This document shows, piece by piece, positions 35,396-47,427 of a DNA stretch of 64,000 nt (position 1 is the stretch's first letter; each line of letters opens with the position of its first letter). Under the pieces are notes generated by a model. That model was given only the letters and a program-made list of their open reading frames with translations. It ran no database searches and had not been told where the DNA came from. The position numbers and the translations under genes were made by a program. This DNA is from Heteronotia binoei (taxonomy: Eukaryota), in assembly GCF_032191835.1 (NCBI RefSeq), contig NC_083224.1, positions 66,092,001 to 66,156,000 of the forward strand, read 5' to 3'.

Positions 35396-36283
35396 TCAAG
35401 TGTCCATCGTTCCTGGTACAGTCTCTCCTTCAATAGCACGTAGATAGTCTTCTGCACTTTGTGGGGTGTGAAATAGGACTCTTCTGCCATTGCGAATCAG
35501 CACCAGTGTAGACGGAAAAAGGATAAAGTTCTCCACCTTTAATTTCCGAGCTAATTCCTTGGCTGTCTTATATGCACGACGCTTTTGAATTATTGCAATT
35601 GGGAGATCTGGGTAAAGTGAAAAAGAGGCTGGTTGGCCCTGCCAGAAAATGCCCTCCCCCATGGATAATTCCCGGAACTTGCGTAGGACGAAATCACGCG
35701 TAGACACACGTACAAAAGAGATCAGCAGCGTGGATCTTATTAACCCTTCTGGGCCTGGTCTGATAAGTCGCACCACGTCAGCAATTTCTAAAGGGAACTC
35801 CACTGGGAGCTTAAGGATATGGTGGAAGAAATTGTTTGCAAAATCAACCAGCTCTGCTGGGGCCCGAGCTGTCAAATCTTTAAGTCCTACTAAACGCAGG
35901 TTACAGCGTCGAGACTGCCCCTCTAGAACGTCTACCTTCTCACGCAGGGCAAGGACCTCCTTCCTTGTTTCACCCGCTGCTGTAGCTTGTTCGGCCACTG
36001 TATTTTCTATAGCCACTACTTTCACCTCACACTGCTGCACTCTGTTTAAAGCCTCGGCAGTAATTTGCTGTATCTGCTGCAGCTGCTGAGTTATTTGAAT
36101 CGGGAGAGACTCCATTCGTGCTGATAATGCATCTATTTTCTTCTCTAGCTTCTCCAATGAGGAGCCCTCTGATACAGAAGCTACCTCAGCCATTAGAGTC
36201 TCCTCTTCACCCTCAGAGTCGTCTTCTGCCCCCCTTCTACCCCGTGTATCCTTCTTTCTTTTTTGCTGTAGTCTTGGAAGCAT
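35396..36283 (-). CDS. L1 ORF1p (295 aa from ATG 36283; coiled coil-RRM-CTD)
   Basis: Basic N-terminus MLPRLQQKRKK, heptad region, LEGQSRRCNLRLVGL, LYPDL...KRRAY, FILFPSTL. Confidence 0.92.
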   Translation of the reverse strand: MLPRLQQKRKKDTRGRRGAEDDSEGEEETLMAEVASVSEGSSLEKLEKKIDALSARMESLPIQITQQLQQIQQITAEALNRVQQCEVKVVAIENTVAEQATAAGETRKEVLALREKVDVLEGQSRRCNLRLVGLKDLTARAPAELVDFANNFFHHILKLPVEFPLEIADVVRLIRPGPEGLIRSTLLISFVRVSTRDFVLRKFRELSMGEGIFWQGQPASFSLYPDLPIAIIQKRRAYKTAKELARKLKVENFILFPSTLVLIRNGRRVLFHTPQSAEDYLRAIEGETVPGTMDT

Positions 36284-36289
36284 CAGCTG

Positions 36290-36715
36290 TAAAGGAGGGA
36301 GGGAACGTGCCGTGCAAGCGTGGGGAAATCTCCAGTCCTGGCAGCTTAGCCCAAACAAAGTTCAGAAGGAGACTTAACCCCACTGTTCACCAGGTCTTAC
36401 GATGACAAACAGGAAAATTTAATTCACTTATCTGTCCAAAACCGCTCTAATTGCCAAAAACTTCCCGAGCTCTTTTACTGTAGTTTTGAAGGCTTCGGCT
36501 TCGGCTGTGAAGGAGGGGGGGAGGGGGGAAACCTGCCGTATAAGTGTAGGAAATTCTTCGCTCCTGGCAGCTTAGCCCACACAAAGTTCAGAAGGAGACT
36601 TAACCCCACTGTTCACCAGGTCTTGCAATAACAAACAAGAAAATTTAGTTCACTTATCTGTCCATAAATCACTCTAATTAGCAAAAAAAAAAAAAACGCC
36701 CGGAGCTTCCACCAG
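36290..36715 (-). repeat. Two ~220-bp tandem monomers in the L1 5' UTR
   Basis: ~36295-36473 and ~36511-36715 share CCTGGCAGCTTAGCCCA.ACAAAGTTCAGAAGGAGACTTAACCCCACTGTTCACCAGGTCTT...TTCACTTATCTGTCCA. Confidence 0.9.
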
Positions 36716-38046
36716 CCGCGTCGTCTCACACCATTCCGGAAACAGGAAGTGAGTTGCTATTTTCTTCTTTGGTTCATATAAACTTACTCAAGGGAACAAA
36801 CAGTGGCTCTCTGGGGCCATTTCTTTTGGGGAAAACAGTGCAGGGGGAGGCTTTAAGTTCTTTCTCCCTGTATGGCCATGGTATGATCCAAACCAGGCCT
36901 ATGTGCATCAGGGAACCAGGCACATAACTGACTCCTTGAGGTAGCCACAAACCCTTTGTAATGTGTTCCCTCAAAAACTCATTTTCTATTTAAGTAACAT
37001 AGGCTAATTATATGCTTGTTTGCAATTTGAGCAATGCTGAATTTAAGTTAATTAGAACACTATCTTTGTTATTCCAGCTCAGGGCTGATTCACACATTTA
37101 CAATGTCTGTGCACTTCTGCTTCCAGCACTGCACTTGCAGTAGGTACATGCTGCCAGTTTATTTGCTGAACAGCAATACATGATGCAGTCTCAGCTTGAA
37201 AACCAATGAAAATTCTTTAATCCCATGACTACTCTGAGAAATCTATTATAGAATCTCTCCTCTTGTTCACTCCACATAAAAGCTTTCCACATACAAAACA
37301 GTCCCAGTTTACCAAATGAATCACATGTCTTGAACTAGAGACAGCACCATTTGCTTGCTGTAGGATGAGAACACTGAATCTCATTCAGAATCATTCACTA
37401 CAGAACAACAAGGTATTTAATGAATGTTTTCTGTAATTTGAGAGAGGAAAAATACCCCAGGAAATTTAAGGAGTGAAATAATGCTCGCCTAATCTCAGTC
37501 CAAATAAATACTATGTGAAATAGTAGTGCAGTTTTACTAGTAAATTTAATTCCAGTCTGGATAGTTAGATTGCTGATCCATCGCATATTCATCTGTGAAA
37601 GGACTCAAATAGGCAGAAACAATAATTGTGCAGATTACTTCACACAAAAGCAGTACACTAATTCTCATGTGACCATTTGTTTCTCCAAAGTCTATTCTTA
37701 ACTAACTCAAGAACACCACAGAACCATTAGGGGTTGGTTTTTCTCCTGAGTTTACAGTGCCAATTCAAAATAAGCTTGAATGTGACCTGACTGAATATAT
37801 TTTGACTACCATCTAAATCTGAGTAGAACAAAGCTATTTGTTCAGAAATAATTGTTACTAAGTTACCTCACAGTGGGCTTTCTTGAATCAGTGGTGGTGG
37901 GGAATCATTTCACTCTGAACTGTGCTCAAAGCTTCTCCTACATAAGTCACAAGTATTTTTATTGGGACAATTCTGAACGGTCTTGAACTATGTAGTAAAA
38001 TGAAATACTGGGCACTTACCATGAAGGTTCCTACTACCTTGCACTA

Positions 38047-38420
38047 GGGCAGTGGTGGCGAACCTATGGCACGGGTGCCAGGGGCGGCACTCAAGAGCCC
38101 TCTCTGTGGGTATGTGCGCTCCCTCCTCCTTGCAGCCCCCCATACCGCAGACCCCCGTCTTCCCTCCCTCCCCGGAGCTGCAATGCAGCCATGCTCCATG
38201 GTCCCCCTTCCTCCACATACATGCACCAAGCCACGCTGCACCGAAACCAGACCCTACAGACTTTGATGCAGCCAGCGTGCCTTCTAACTCTTTGAAACTG
38301 GAAGTGAGGGGGAGCAAAGCCTTCTCCTGCATGGGCTTCAAAGAGTTAGAAGGGGTGCCAGCTGCACTGAAGCCGGTAGGATCCAGTTTCAGTGCAGTGC
38401 AGCTTGGCGCACCTCTGAGG
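38047..38420 (+). mobile_element. hAT-type DNA transposon left-end fragment
   Basis: Begins CAGTGGTGGCGAACCTATGGCACG, with an internal inverted repeat (~38250-38296 vs ~38335-38381). No right TIR seen. Confidence 0.5.
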
Positions 38421-40902
38421 TTGTATCCACAATGTCACTAAATTTTAATTAATTACAAATCCTTGTGATTCTTGCTAATATACTCCCATCTTTAATCTTT
38501 CCAAGGCAGAAATTAACAAGGGCTCTCCACCGCCAATTCTCCAAATGGCTTCTACTACACTTTGGCAATAATTCTGGACACAATTTAAAAACAAAAACGT
38601 GCGTCTTCACAGAAACACTAAGTACAAAAGACTACATATCAGTCTCAAACTTTTAAAAATGCAAGCAATTTTTTTATTATACCAACTGATAGCAAGAGCA
38701 GTTTTGAAACACTGTTTATTGTCCACAAAGTATTTTGGAATTGATAGGGAGGAGGAAACTTATATATATATATATATATATATATAAGGAACAGTTTTTC
38801 TGATAGTGTAAACTTTTCTACTAAAAGGCTAGGGTGTGGTTAGATTAAGTATCTGCTGTGCTTACATATGCACCATTCATTTGGGGATTCTTATGAACAT
38901 AAACACATTTAAGTCATACCAAATTAAGGACAGAAGCTCTTTCAGCATCAATAAATACTTTAATTTTAAATAGTAGTTATAAAAAGCTCTTACATTACTG
39001 ATACTGTTAAACTACATCCCTCAGACAATCTGAAATGTTCCAGGAGTTTCTTTGCTTGCTAAAATGTGCTAACTGGGAGGTAGCACAGAATGAATTAATA
39101 TTGTTCAGAGATAGAAATAATTTAGACAAGCATTGGATTTCCAAAGCCTCTGTGCAAAATGTTCATAAACCATCTTGTTTTTAAGGAATCTATAAATTCA
39201 AGCGTGCATTTTGTTTAAAAATCAAATATTCTAAACACAATACACCATCACCACTAATACAAACTCATCATTAAATGGCCATTACCCTGGGCAGTAATTC
39301 AATGGCCATTATCCTGGGCAGTAAGAACTGCTACCGCCAGACAAGGCAGGTCAACTCCATCATATCAGAAAAGATTTGTTCTTTGTTTCTCTTTCACAAT
39401 GCTAATCTGTGAAAGGTTAGAAGGCAGGCTACTAACATGTATAAGCTGAGTTGCAAGGTTACAAGAATAGATGTGTCATATGCACTGTGCACTATATGAA
39501 ATATATAGGACTAACAAGCTCTCATTCTATCTCCTCAGTGCCTTATTAACACAGTCATTAAACAACAAAAGTGACAGAATCCACTATTCCAAAATTTGTG
39601 TTGGGAGTTTATATGAGTACATTATTGACTATAAAGTGCAGATACCAAACTGGATGGCGACATTACCAAACAGAATGACCACACTATCAGACAGCCAACA
39701 GACAGAGTAAAGAAAGGCTATCATTCCTACCTATATAACTTTTGACATACTACTCCAAAAAGCAACAAAATTAACAGCAGAAACACTTGCTATTGAAAAC
39801 ACATGCTACAAGCTACAAATTACGGGGGGACAGTGTGTACACAAACACTGAGACACATTACTGAACAATTTAAATACTGACTTTGACATCTACATCACAG
39901 CTAAAAACCAAGCAAATGAACTATCACTTGTGTTCAATACTAAGCATATTACTTAGAAGACATGTGATTCCTAGGCTGCCATCAGTTTTTAAAAAATAAA
40001 CAGTATTATACAACTGAAAATCCACACATGAAGATGCTGCTGGGTTTCTTCCTGAAGCACAGTAGAAAGCTGTAGTGATTTATCCAGGACAACACACTAT
40101 TATTGAAACAAATCTTTATAGCTTGGTGAGGGAGAAAAACAGGACACAGACCTGGAGATGTAAGCACATTTGAGAAGACCAAGGATTAGACTGTTCTTTT
40201 ATACAATTTTTGATTTAGTAGCCTGTTAAGATACTAGACCATCTGTGTTGGGCTCAAACACTGAGCATAGCTGGCTCTCCCCCTCACCCCAAAAGTTTCC
40301 ACAAATCACTCATCACATAGCAATATTCTCCTGGATCCAGAGGGTGATTAAATTCCTCTTGAAAGGATAAATAATTCTTTCCTTACTGTTAGCCCCAAAT
40401 TAGAACAGCAAGCAGCTTTCTTCTTTAAAGTTTCTGACCTTCATTACTGTAAGCTTACAAGGCTGTTAGTGCTCTTAAACCCCTCAGCAAAACTGGCAAA
40501 ATAATGCAATTATTCCTCCAAAATGAAATCTATTTCTTTGAGAAGACTCACTTTGGCAATCTGAAAACCCATTAATATCCTTGATCAAATAAGAAAAAAT
40601 AGCTGAGGTTTTACAAATATTAAGTGTGGTAGGCACCATTTCTTACCAAATTCAAAACCAAAACAATCACCCTGTGTGAACACAGCAAATACATACCAAC
40701 CTACCTCCCACACATAATTTTGGTGCTTAGAAAGGCTTCTCTTACTTAGATGTCCACCCAACAGCTTGTACCACTTTACATTTTTGAGAACCTTTCTGAA
40801 CAGGTTTGCTCTGAGTCAGTCACCCTTGACTAAAATAGCTGCATGACCTTGTATCACTGGGAATCAGAGCTGATTTCAAGCACATTGCAGAGTCCCTACA
40901 AA

Positions 40903-41002
40903 GAAGACTGGAAAAGATTTGTGGAAGTGGAAGTATTAGTTCTACCAGCCAGTTTAAACTGGCTGGTAGACCTAATACTTCCACAAATCTTTTCCGGTCT
41001 TC
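40903..41002. repeat. Near-perfect 100-bp palindrome
   Basis: GAAGACTGGAAAAGATTTGTGGAAG(TGGAAG)TATTAGTTCTACCAGCCAGTTT|AAACTGGCTGGTAGACCTAATACTTCCACAAATCTTTTCCGGTCTTC. Confidence 0.9.
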
Positions 41003-42424
41003 TCTCACAGCAGAAACAAGGAAAGCTTAGTGTCACAGAGCCCACATAACAGAAGACAGTGCCTCAAAGTATTAATCCTTGGACTCTAAAATGGTACAAA
41101 ATAGACGAGAGGAGGGGCTATACAGTATCCTGTAAAGCAGACTATGGCTAAGACACTGAATGAAGTGATACAGTTCTGAGAAGTTGATCACAACGCTTAT
41201 GCTGGGCTACAAACTGAACTCTCCAACTCAGTCATGGTACTGATCACACATGGACACAAACCTGCTGCACAACTAGCATATAAAACTGTTATTTTCACCA
41301 TCATCATATATAGCCTTTCTCACTGGGACTTGACAGATTAGAACCGTGATTAAAAAAATAACATCATACTCTCTGCCTGTGCAAACTGAATTCAACTACA
41401 CTGCACAGCATTCACATCAGCCCACCCCTGTACCACACCTACCAAGATGTTACTAACTAGTTTACATTTATACCAATTTATTGCAAGGTAAGGAGAATAA
41501 AGGAGACGGTCACTCAGTAACAGAGGTTCTCCCTGCTTTGGCATTAAAAAGGGTTCAACCACATTTTTGCATAAAAAATAACAGCTTCTGGGTCAAGCAG
41601 AAGCCCTGGCTGGCAGAAGAGCACCTGTCATGGCCAGGGACATGCTCGACTGTTGATACAGATGTGTTAAAGTCAAATTAAAGAAGAGGGAATATTTGAA
41701 AGGGAGATAATGCTGAGAAGTGCACTACTGGGAAACAGTAAACAACGTAATTAATGCTTTAAAAATCGAATATCATTAACAAAGCTGCAATCATGGTGAA
41801 ATTTGCTCTAACTCTAAAGAGAGAGAGAAAAACAACTGACTAGAGTTGCTTTTGCTTGCTTCAATGGAGCGGGGGTGGGGGGGTGTAACTGCTTCACAGC
41901 ACAATCCTGTGCAAAGTTACTTCAGTCAAAACTCATTGATTGCACAGAATGCAGTATTATTAAGCATCAATTTCCGGCTCCAGTAAGGGTGTGATGGAAA
42001 CAGGACATGCAGATTCAAAACAGTGTGTTGCAATAACAGAAAAGGCCATGGGGAGATGTCAAAAGCACAGAGCTGAAATAGAACTGAAATTGTAAGACAC
42101 ACAGCTTGAAAGTTCTCTTAGGATTTAGAGGCTGCTTTGGGAAAAATATTTCCCACAAGCTATTTTATATTTCTTGCATGACTGTCTCATTTGCCCTACA
42201 ACTCATCGCTTTGATCTGTTGAAGCACAAAGAATGTTCAAATATCAATAATTTCAAGATAAAGAAGTGCAGCTCTATCTGTGTGTATTTCTCCCGCTCTG
42301 ATATCATACCAGTAAACCACTTAAATAGCTGGCTCCATTGTACTACTGAACCATACAACGACTCTCACTGGTGCTGAAACATATATTCCAGGAGACAGAA
42401 AATGGCATCTTCTTTAAATAAATT

Positions 42425-42789
42425 GGGCAGTAGGTTCAAAATGGATAAAAGGAAATACTGGTTTATACAGAGAATGATTAAAATATGGAATTCACTGCCA
42501 CAGGGTGTAGTGATGGTCACAGGAATAAACAGCTTTAAACAGGGATTAGATAGATTCATGGATGATAAGTCTATCTATTGCTACTAGCCATGTTGATTGA
42601 GGGAAACCTCCATATTCAACTGAAATTCTAAGCCTCTAAATCCCAAAGCCAGGAGGCAACATCAAGGGAATGCCTCGGCCTCTCTGCTCTGTTGCTGGCC
42701 CTCCAGAGGAACTGGTTGGCCACTATGTGAAACAGGATGCTGGACTAGATGGACCACTGGTCTGATCCAGCAGGGCTCTTATGCTCTTA
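42425..42789 (+). mobile_element. CR1 3' end (different subfamily)
   Basis: KMDKRKYWFIQRMIKIWNSLPQGVV, ending GGGCTCTTATGCTCTTA. Confidence 0.85.
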
Positions 42790-43172
42790 AATAGCTTACT
42801 GTGCAATCTTGGAACTTCCTTATTCCTAGCTGTTTCCCTAGAGACTGTCTGTATTTATTTGCAAACATCTGTCTCTAGGTCATAATGAGGGGGTTGAGAA
42901 GAATAACTATTACTTCATTTCATTAATCTAGCAGGCAGAAACATGATAAATGACTGAACCTTTCATCTTTAATCCACATCAGCTCCAGAACAGAATTATG
43001 TTCTGTATAACAAAAGCGAAAAAACACACAGTTACCAGTATATTAAAAAACAGACCACAAGGTTTATTTAGGCTAACTATGCAGTAGTAGCCTGAATAAT
43101 CCAGACTAACTTGGAAGGTAAACAGAGCCCACAACAGGTAGTATTTGGATGGTGGACCAAAGTTGCTATGTA

Positions 43173-43262
43173 GAAGAAGGCAATGGCAAGCCAGCTCTGC
43201 TTGTCTCTTGCCTTGAAAATACCATGAGAGATCTCCATAAGTCAGCTGTGATTTGATGGCAC
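43173..43262 (+). mobile_element. BovB/RTE-type 3' tail fragment
   Basis: GAAGAAGGCAATGGCAAGCC...CCATAAGTCAGCTGTGATTTGATGGCAC. Confidence 0.6.
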
Positions 43263-43367
43263 CTAAGAAATACTAATAATTGTATGGCATTGTGTGTCGA
43301 ATAGCCAGGAGATCCCAAAATTATCTGCCAGCCAGAAATTCTAGCTCTTTTAATGTTATACACCACT

Positions 43368-43654
43368 AGAAGGTAAGATGATATCGGATTTATATCCCAC
43401 CCTATACTCTGAATATCAGAGTCCCAGAGCAGTCACAATCTCCTTTACCTTCCCCCCCCCCACCCACAACAAACACCCTGTGAGGTAGGTGGGGCTAAGA
43501 GAGCTCTTACAGCAGCTGCCGTTTCAAGGACAACTCCTACGAAACCTATGGCTGACCCAAGGCCATTCCAGCAGGTGCAAGCGGAGGAGTGGGGAATCAA
43601 ATCCGGTTCTCCCAGATAAGAGTCTGCACACTTAACCACTACACCAAACTGGCT
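43368..43654 (-). mobile_element. tRNA-derived SINE with L2-like tail
   Basis: Head AGCCAGTTTGGTGTAGTGGTTAAG with B-box-like GATTTGATTCC, tail GGGTGGGATATAAATCC. Same family as 63691-63966. Confidence 0.85.
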
Positions 43655-43989
43655 TTTTGCAAGACACACTGCTGCCACGGCATGACTCACAAGTGACGCT
43701 GTGGTAGCAGCATGACTCTGTGAGTCAACTGAGAAGGCATGTAAGGTAATAGCTTACAGATCACCAAAACAGGGCAAACATATTAGGTAAATTTTATATC
43801 AGTCGGTGCCACAAATTGTGCGGCATCAGCTTTAGATGTATGACCATACAAAATGTAACTTCCTTAAAATTCTGAAAGGGATATATCATATGCATACTGT
43901 TGGCAACTCAGCCCAAATCTGTGGACAGCCTCTCCTAGCAGCTTCAGATAGATGTTAAAAATCATGGGGGACAAGATGTAGGACACCGT

Positions 43990-44810
43990 TAGCCAGAGAC
44001 CTAGGAACCAAGCAGTAATGTGTGTGTGACACTCAATGGTATCTCATGCTTCCAGAAGGTCCCAGGGAGGCTGATGGAACCAAGAACAGGTGCCTGGAAG
44101 CAATTTTGGCATGGATGAGGACTACCAAGATGAAACTTAATTTCAACAAAATGGAAATGCTATTCATGGGAAGTAAAGGTCCAAACCAGAAACTGAGGCA
44201 TCTCCTATTCTGGGTGGGCTTGCACTCCCCCAAAGGAGCAAGTTTGTAGCATGGGGGTGCAGCTGGACTCAAACCTCTTACTGGATAAAAAGGTGGCAGC
44301 AGTGACCATGGAATATTCTGTGAATATTTCTGAGCAGGAGAAATCTTGCAACTCTGGATGCCCTGGTAACATCTAGAGTAGTGTGATCTTTTTTTGCAGA
44401 AGTGGTTTTTTTTTTTAATGTAGAGGCTACAATTGGTACAAAATGCCAGAGCTAGAACACTGATTGGACTGCATTGTAGGGACTATATCACTCCACTCTT
44501 GTTCCCTCTAAATTGACTCCCGATTTGCTCCTAGACCCAATTCAAGATTCTGATATTGACTTTTCAAGCCTTATAGTACTTGAGGCCAGCATACCTGAAG
44601 AACCATCAACTCCCATAGAAATCTACCTGACCATTCTGGTCATCTTCAAAGGCCCTACTTCAGTTGCCACAGACATCTGAGGTTTGATGGTCTGCAACAT
44701 GAGAAAGGGCCTTCTTGTTTGTGCTGCCAAAATTTTCAAACTCTCTCCTCAGTGAGAATCAACTGCCTCTCTCTACTGGTGTCTTCCACCAACAAGTGAA
44801 GACTTTAGGG
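43990..44810 (+). mobile_element. Old L2 fragment
   Basis: CLEAILAWMRTTKMKLNFNKME, followed by a degenerate C-terminal RT region. Boundaries approximate. Confidence 0.65.
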
Positions 44811-47140
44811 GTGAAAGATGTGCTGTTATTGCAGTCCCATAGAGTCCTGCAGTTAATACTACTGTTGTGACAGCAAACACAATGTTGTCCTTTTGGCAAC
44901 TAGCTTCAGGATCTAGCTGCAGAGCACATGGCTGCAGCTCTCACTGCTGCTGGACTCTGGTAACTTCTAGGGCTAGGTGAGAGTCAGTAATAGGCTACAC
45001 AAAAGCAGACAGAAAGAAGAATGACCCATGACATTAAATATCACATCCGTGTCCACAAACATAGATCAATGAAAAACCTAATGGGTGAGTGTTTCAGCAG
45101 ACAGAAGTAATGCTAGTTAAGAAGCAAGAGGTCTGGTTCCTACCACAACTTTTTTAATAACTCAAAATGTATTTGTGTAAATTTCTATTCCGCCCTCCTC
45201 ACAAGCAGGCTCAGGGTGGGTCACAACAAAAACACCATCTGAATTTCATTTTGGTGACATCTGAGCATCTACAGACCTCACTAAACTTTCTGGAGGAACA
45301 CTGACTTCAAGTTAGGCTTTTAAATACAATTCAGTCCTGAGGGGTTCCCTGAGTTTGCAGAACATTAAATCATAAATCTTGTTGCCTATCCACTCAGGGA
45401 TCAACATTTGGCTACCAAATATAGGGATGGGTCAGACGTTATTGAGCCTCCTACTCTCACAGACCATCACATTAACATAAATATGCTCTACACTTAATGC
45501 ATATATTGTAGTCAACATTTTAATGACACAAAAAAATCTTGCTTTGCTGCTATATACTTTAAAAGTATATTATGGCAGAACATACATGCTCTGGCTGCAG
45601 GCCCCATTTCTGCACTGTCCTCCCAGGGGTTTTCAACTCCCTGGAAGGGCTTTTCTTTCACTCTCAGGTAGCCTGCCACAACCACCTGCCATTTGCAAAG
45701 AACTGCACACTGGGAGGGACAGGACTCCCAGCTTCCCTTCTATGTTCAGAGGGTTTGCCTCAGTGTCTCCCACTGCCCAGCATCTGGTCACTACAGGGAC
45801 AGATTAATGCCTTGGGGACCCTTGCGGGAATAGTTGCTTGCCTGCCTTCTCACTGGCACCCCTTTTCAGATAGCACGTTCAAGACAGCAGAGGTCTATGT
45901 GATATGAAGAATTCCTCTCAGCACCAAAAATTTAAAGCATTTATTAAAAAGAAAACATTTGTGAACATACATTTAGCACAACACCAGATTTGAGCAAGGG
46001 ATAGAAAATAAAGACAAATCCCCTGCCCCTCTTTCTATACATGCCCTAAAATAGGACAGGCTCTTTAGCTTAGGAAGCTACGGATCTTTACAAAGTCTCC
46101 TAATCTTGAAACTCCCCCCTTCAGATGTCCAGGCCAACCACATGCTTAATGGTTGCCTGCTTGCAAACCTCAACTCAGAGTTTTCCTGAATGCTGCATCC
46201 CAAAGAAGTGAGACCACTTTCTTTTTGCAAGGATTTTATCATCTCTCTTGCACCATGTCATGCCAGGTCAACAAAGCATTTCCTGAAAATTCTAACCATT
46301 TCCTCCCTGGTATTCCTCAAGCATTTCATTCCTCCAAAAATCTCTGTTCCCTACTTGAAGAAGGGGGGAAAGGGGAGAAGTTGGCCAACCCTTTGTCTAG
46401 ACCTATTAGCATTTGTATGAAGGTGGGCTCAGGTACAAGTGAACTGACTTCCTTCTCTGTCCAGATAAAAAAGACTGTTAAAACACAAAGTGGGGGCTTT
46501 TCTCCTTGCCACCCTCCCAGAAGAAAATGCACTGCTTCACACATATATTAAAGAGATTAGAAGTAAAAGGATATAGCAAGGACAGTGAGCACCAAATACT
46601 GGACAGCAAATAAAATTCTGTCCATTAAAGATGAATATGCTTCAGTATACAGATGACAGCTAGCCTTATCCATACTGCCATAATATATCCATCTTGACTT
46701 TGAACACATACCCTGAGGTCATGGTCAAGAGGCAGAACAACCTGTAACTGAATCCAGACAAGACAGAAGTGATGCTGGTCAGAAAGGTGTGACAGGATCC
46801 ATTTTTAGTGGCTGGAGAGCAGATGCCATCTGCAGAGCTTAGGAATACTGGGATAGTAGAAACAGGTTTCTTACCTGTAACTGATGATCTTCGAGTGGTC
46901 ATCTGTGCAGTCACACACATGGGTTATCCGCCAGGATCGATCCCGACCTTGGAGAATTCAAAGCAATCTTAGAGCGTTAATTTTGGTGTGCACTTCCTCT
47001 CGTCCCGGGGAGGAGGCATCCACTGTGCATGCCTAGACGAGAGGGAGGCACTTCACCCACCCAGTTTCTTCCCGCCACCGTATAGGAGGAAATTTTTGAA
47101 TTAGGAACAAGGAACCAGCAGCGGGGAAGGTTGGGCGGGC

Positions 47141-47236
47141 GTGTGTGACTGCACAGATGACCACTCGAAAATCATCAGTTACAGGTAAGAAACCTGTTTA
47201 TCTTCATCATGGTCTCTGTGCAGTCCCACACATGGG
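47141..47236. repeat. DIRS #2 ICR
   Basis: Reverse complement of 46860-~46918 joined through TTT (47197-47199) to the reverse complement of ~51915-51951. Confidence 0.9.
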
Positions 47237-47427
47237 TGACTGGCAAGCTTATCTGTCTGGAGGCGGGTGCTGGATCTGTAACCAAAGGACAAGGTTAGGT
47301 ATGCATATAAGAAGCAATAGTGTACTTACAGTGTAGACGACTGGAGACATCAGTTGAAAAGAATAAGATTTTCTGGTGGCAGGTTTTTTGGCATTGAGTA
47401 AGACATGACGTACGTCCGAAGGAAAAT

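Larger units (their letters stand above)
29681..36749 (-). mobile_element. Full-length L1-clade LINE (~7.07 kb) with TSD and 3' transduction
   Basis: 20-bp direct repeat TGAGTTGCTATTTTCTTCTT at 29661-29680 and 36750-36769, plus poly(A), ORF1 and ORF2. Confidence 0.96.

Noticed and set aside
36284-36358. ORF-track start of L1 ORF1 at 36358
   Set aside because: That start is a TTG within a 5' UTR monomer. The ATG at 36283 gives a typical basic N-terminus.
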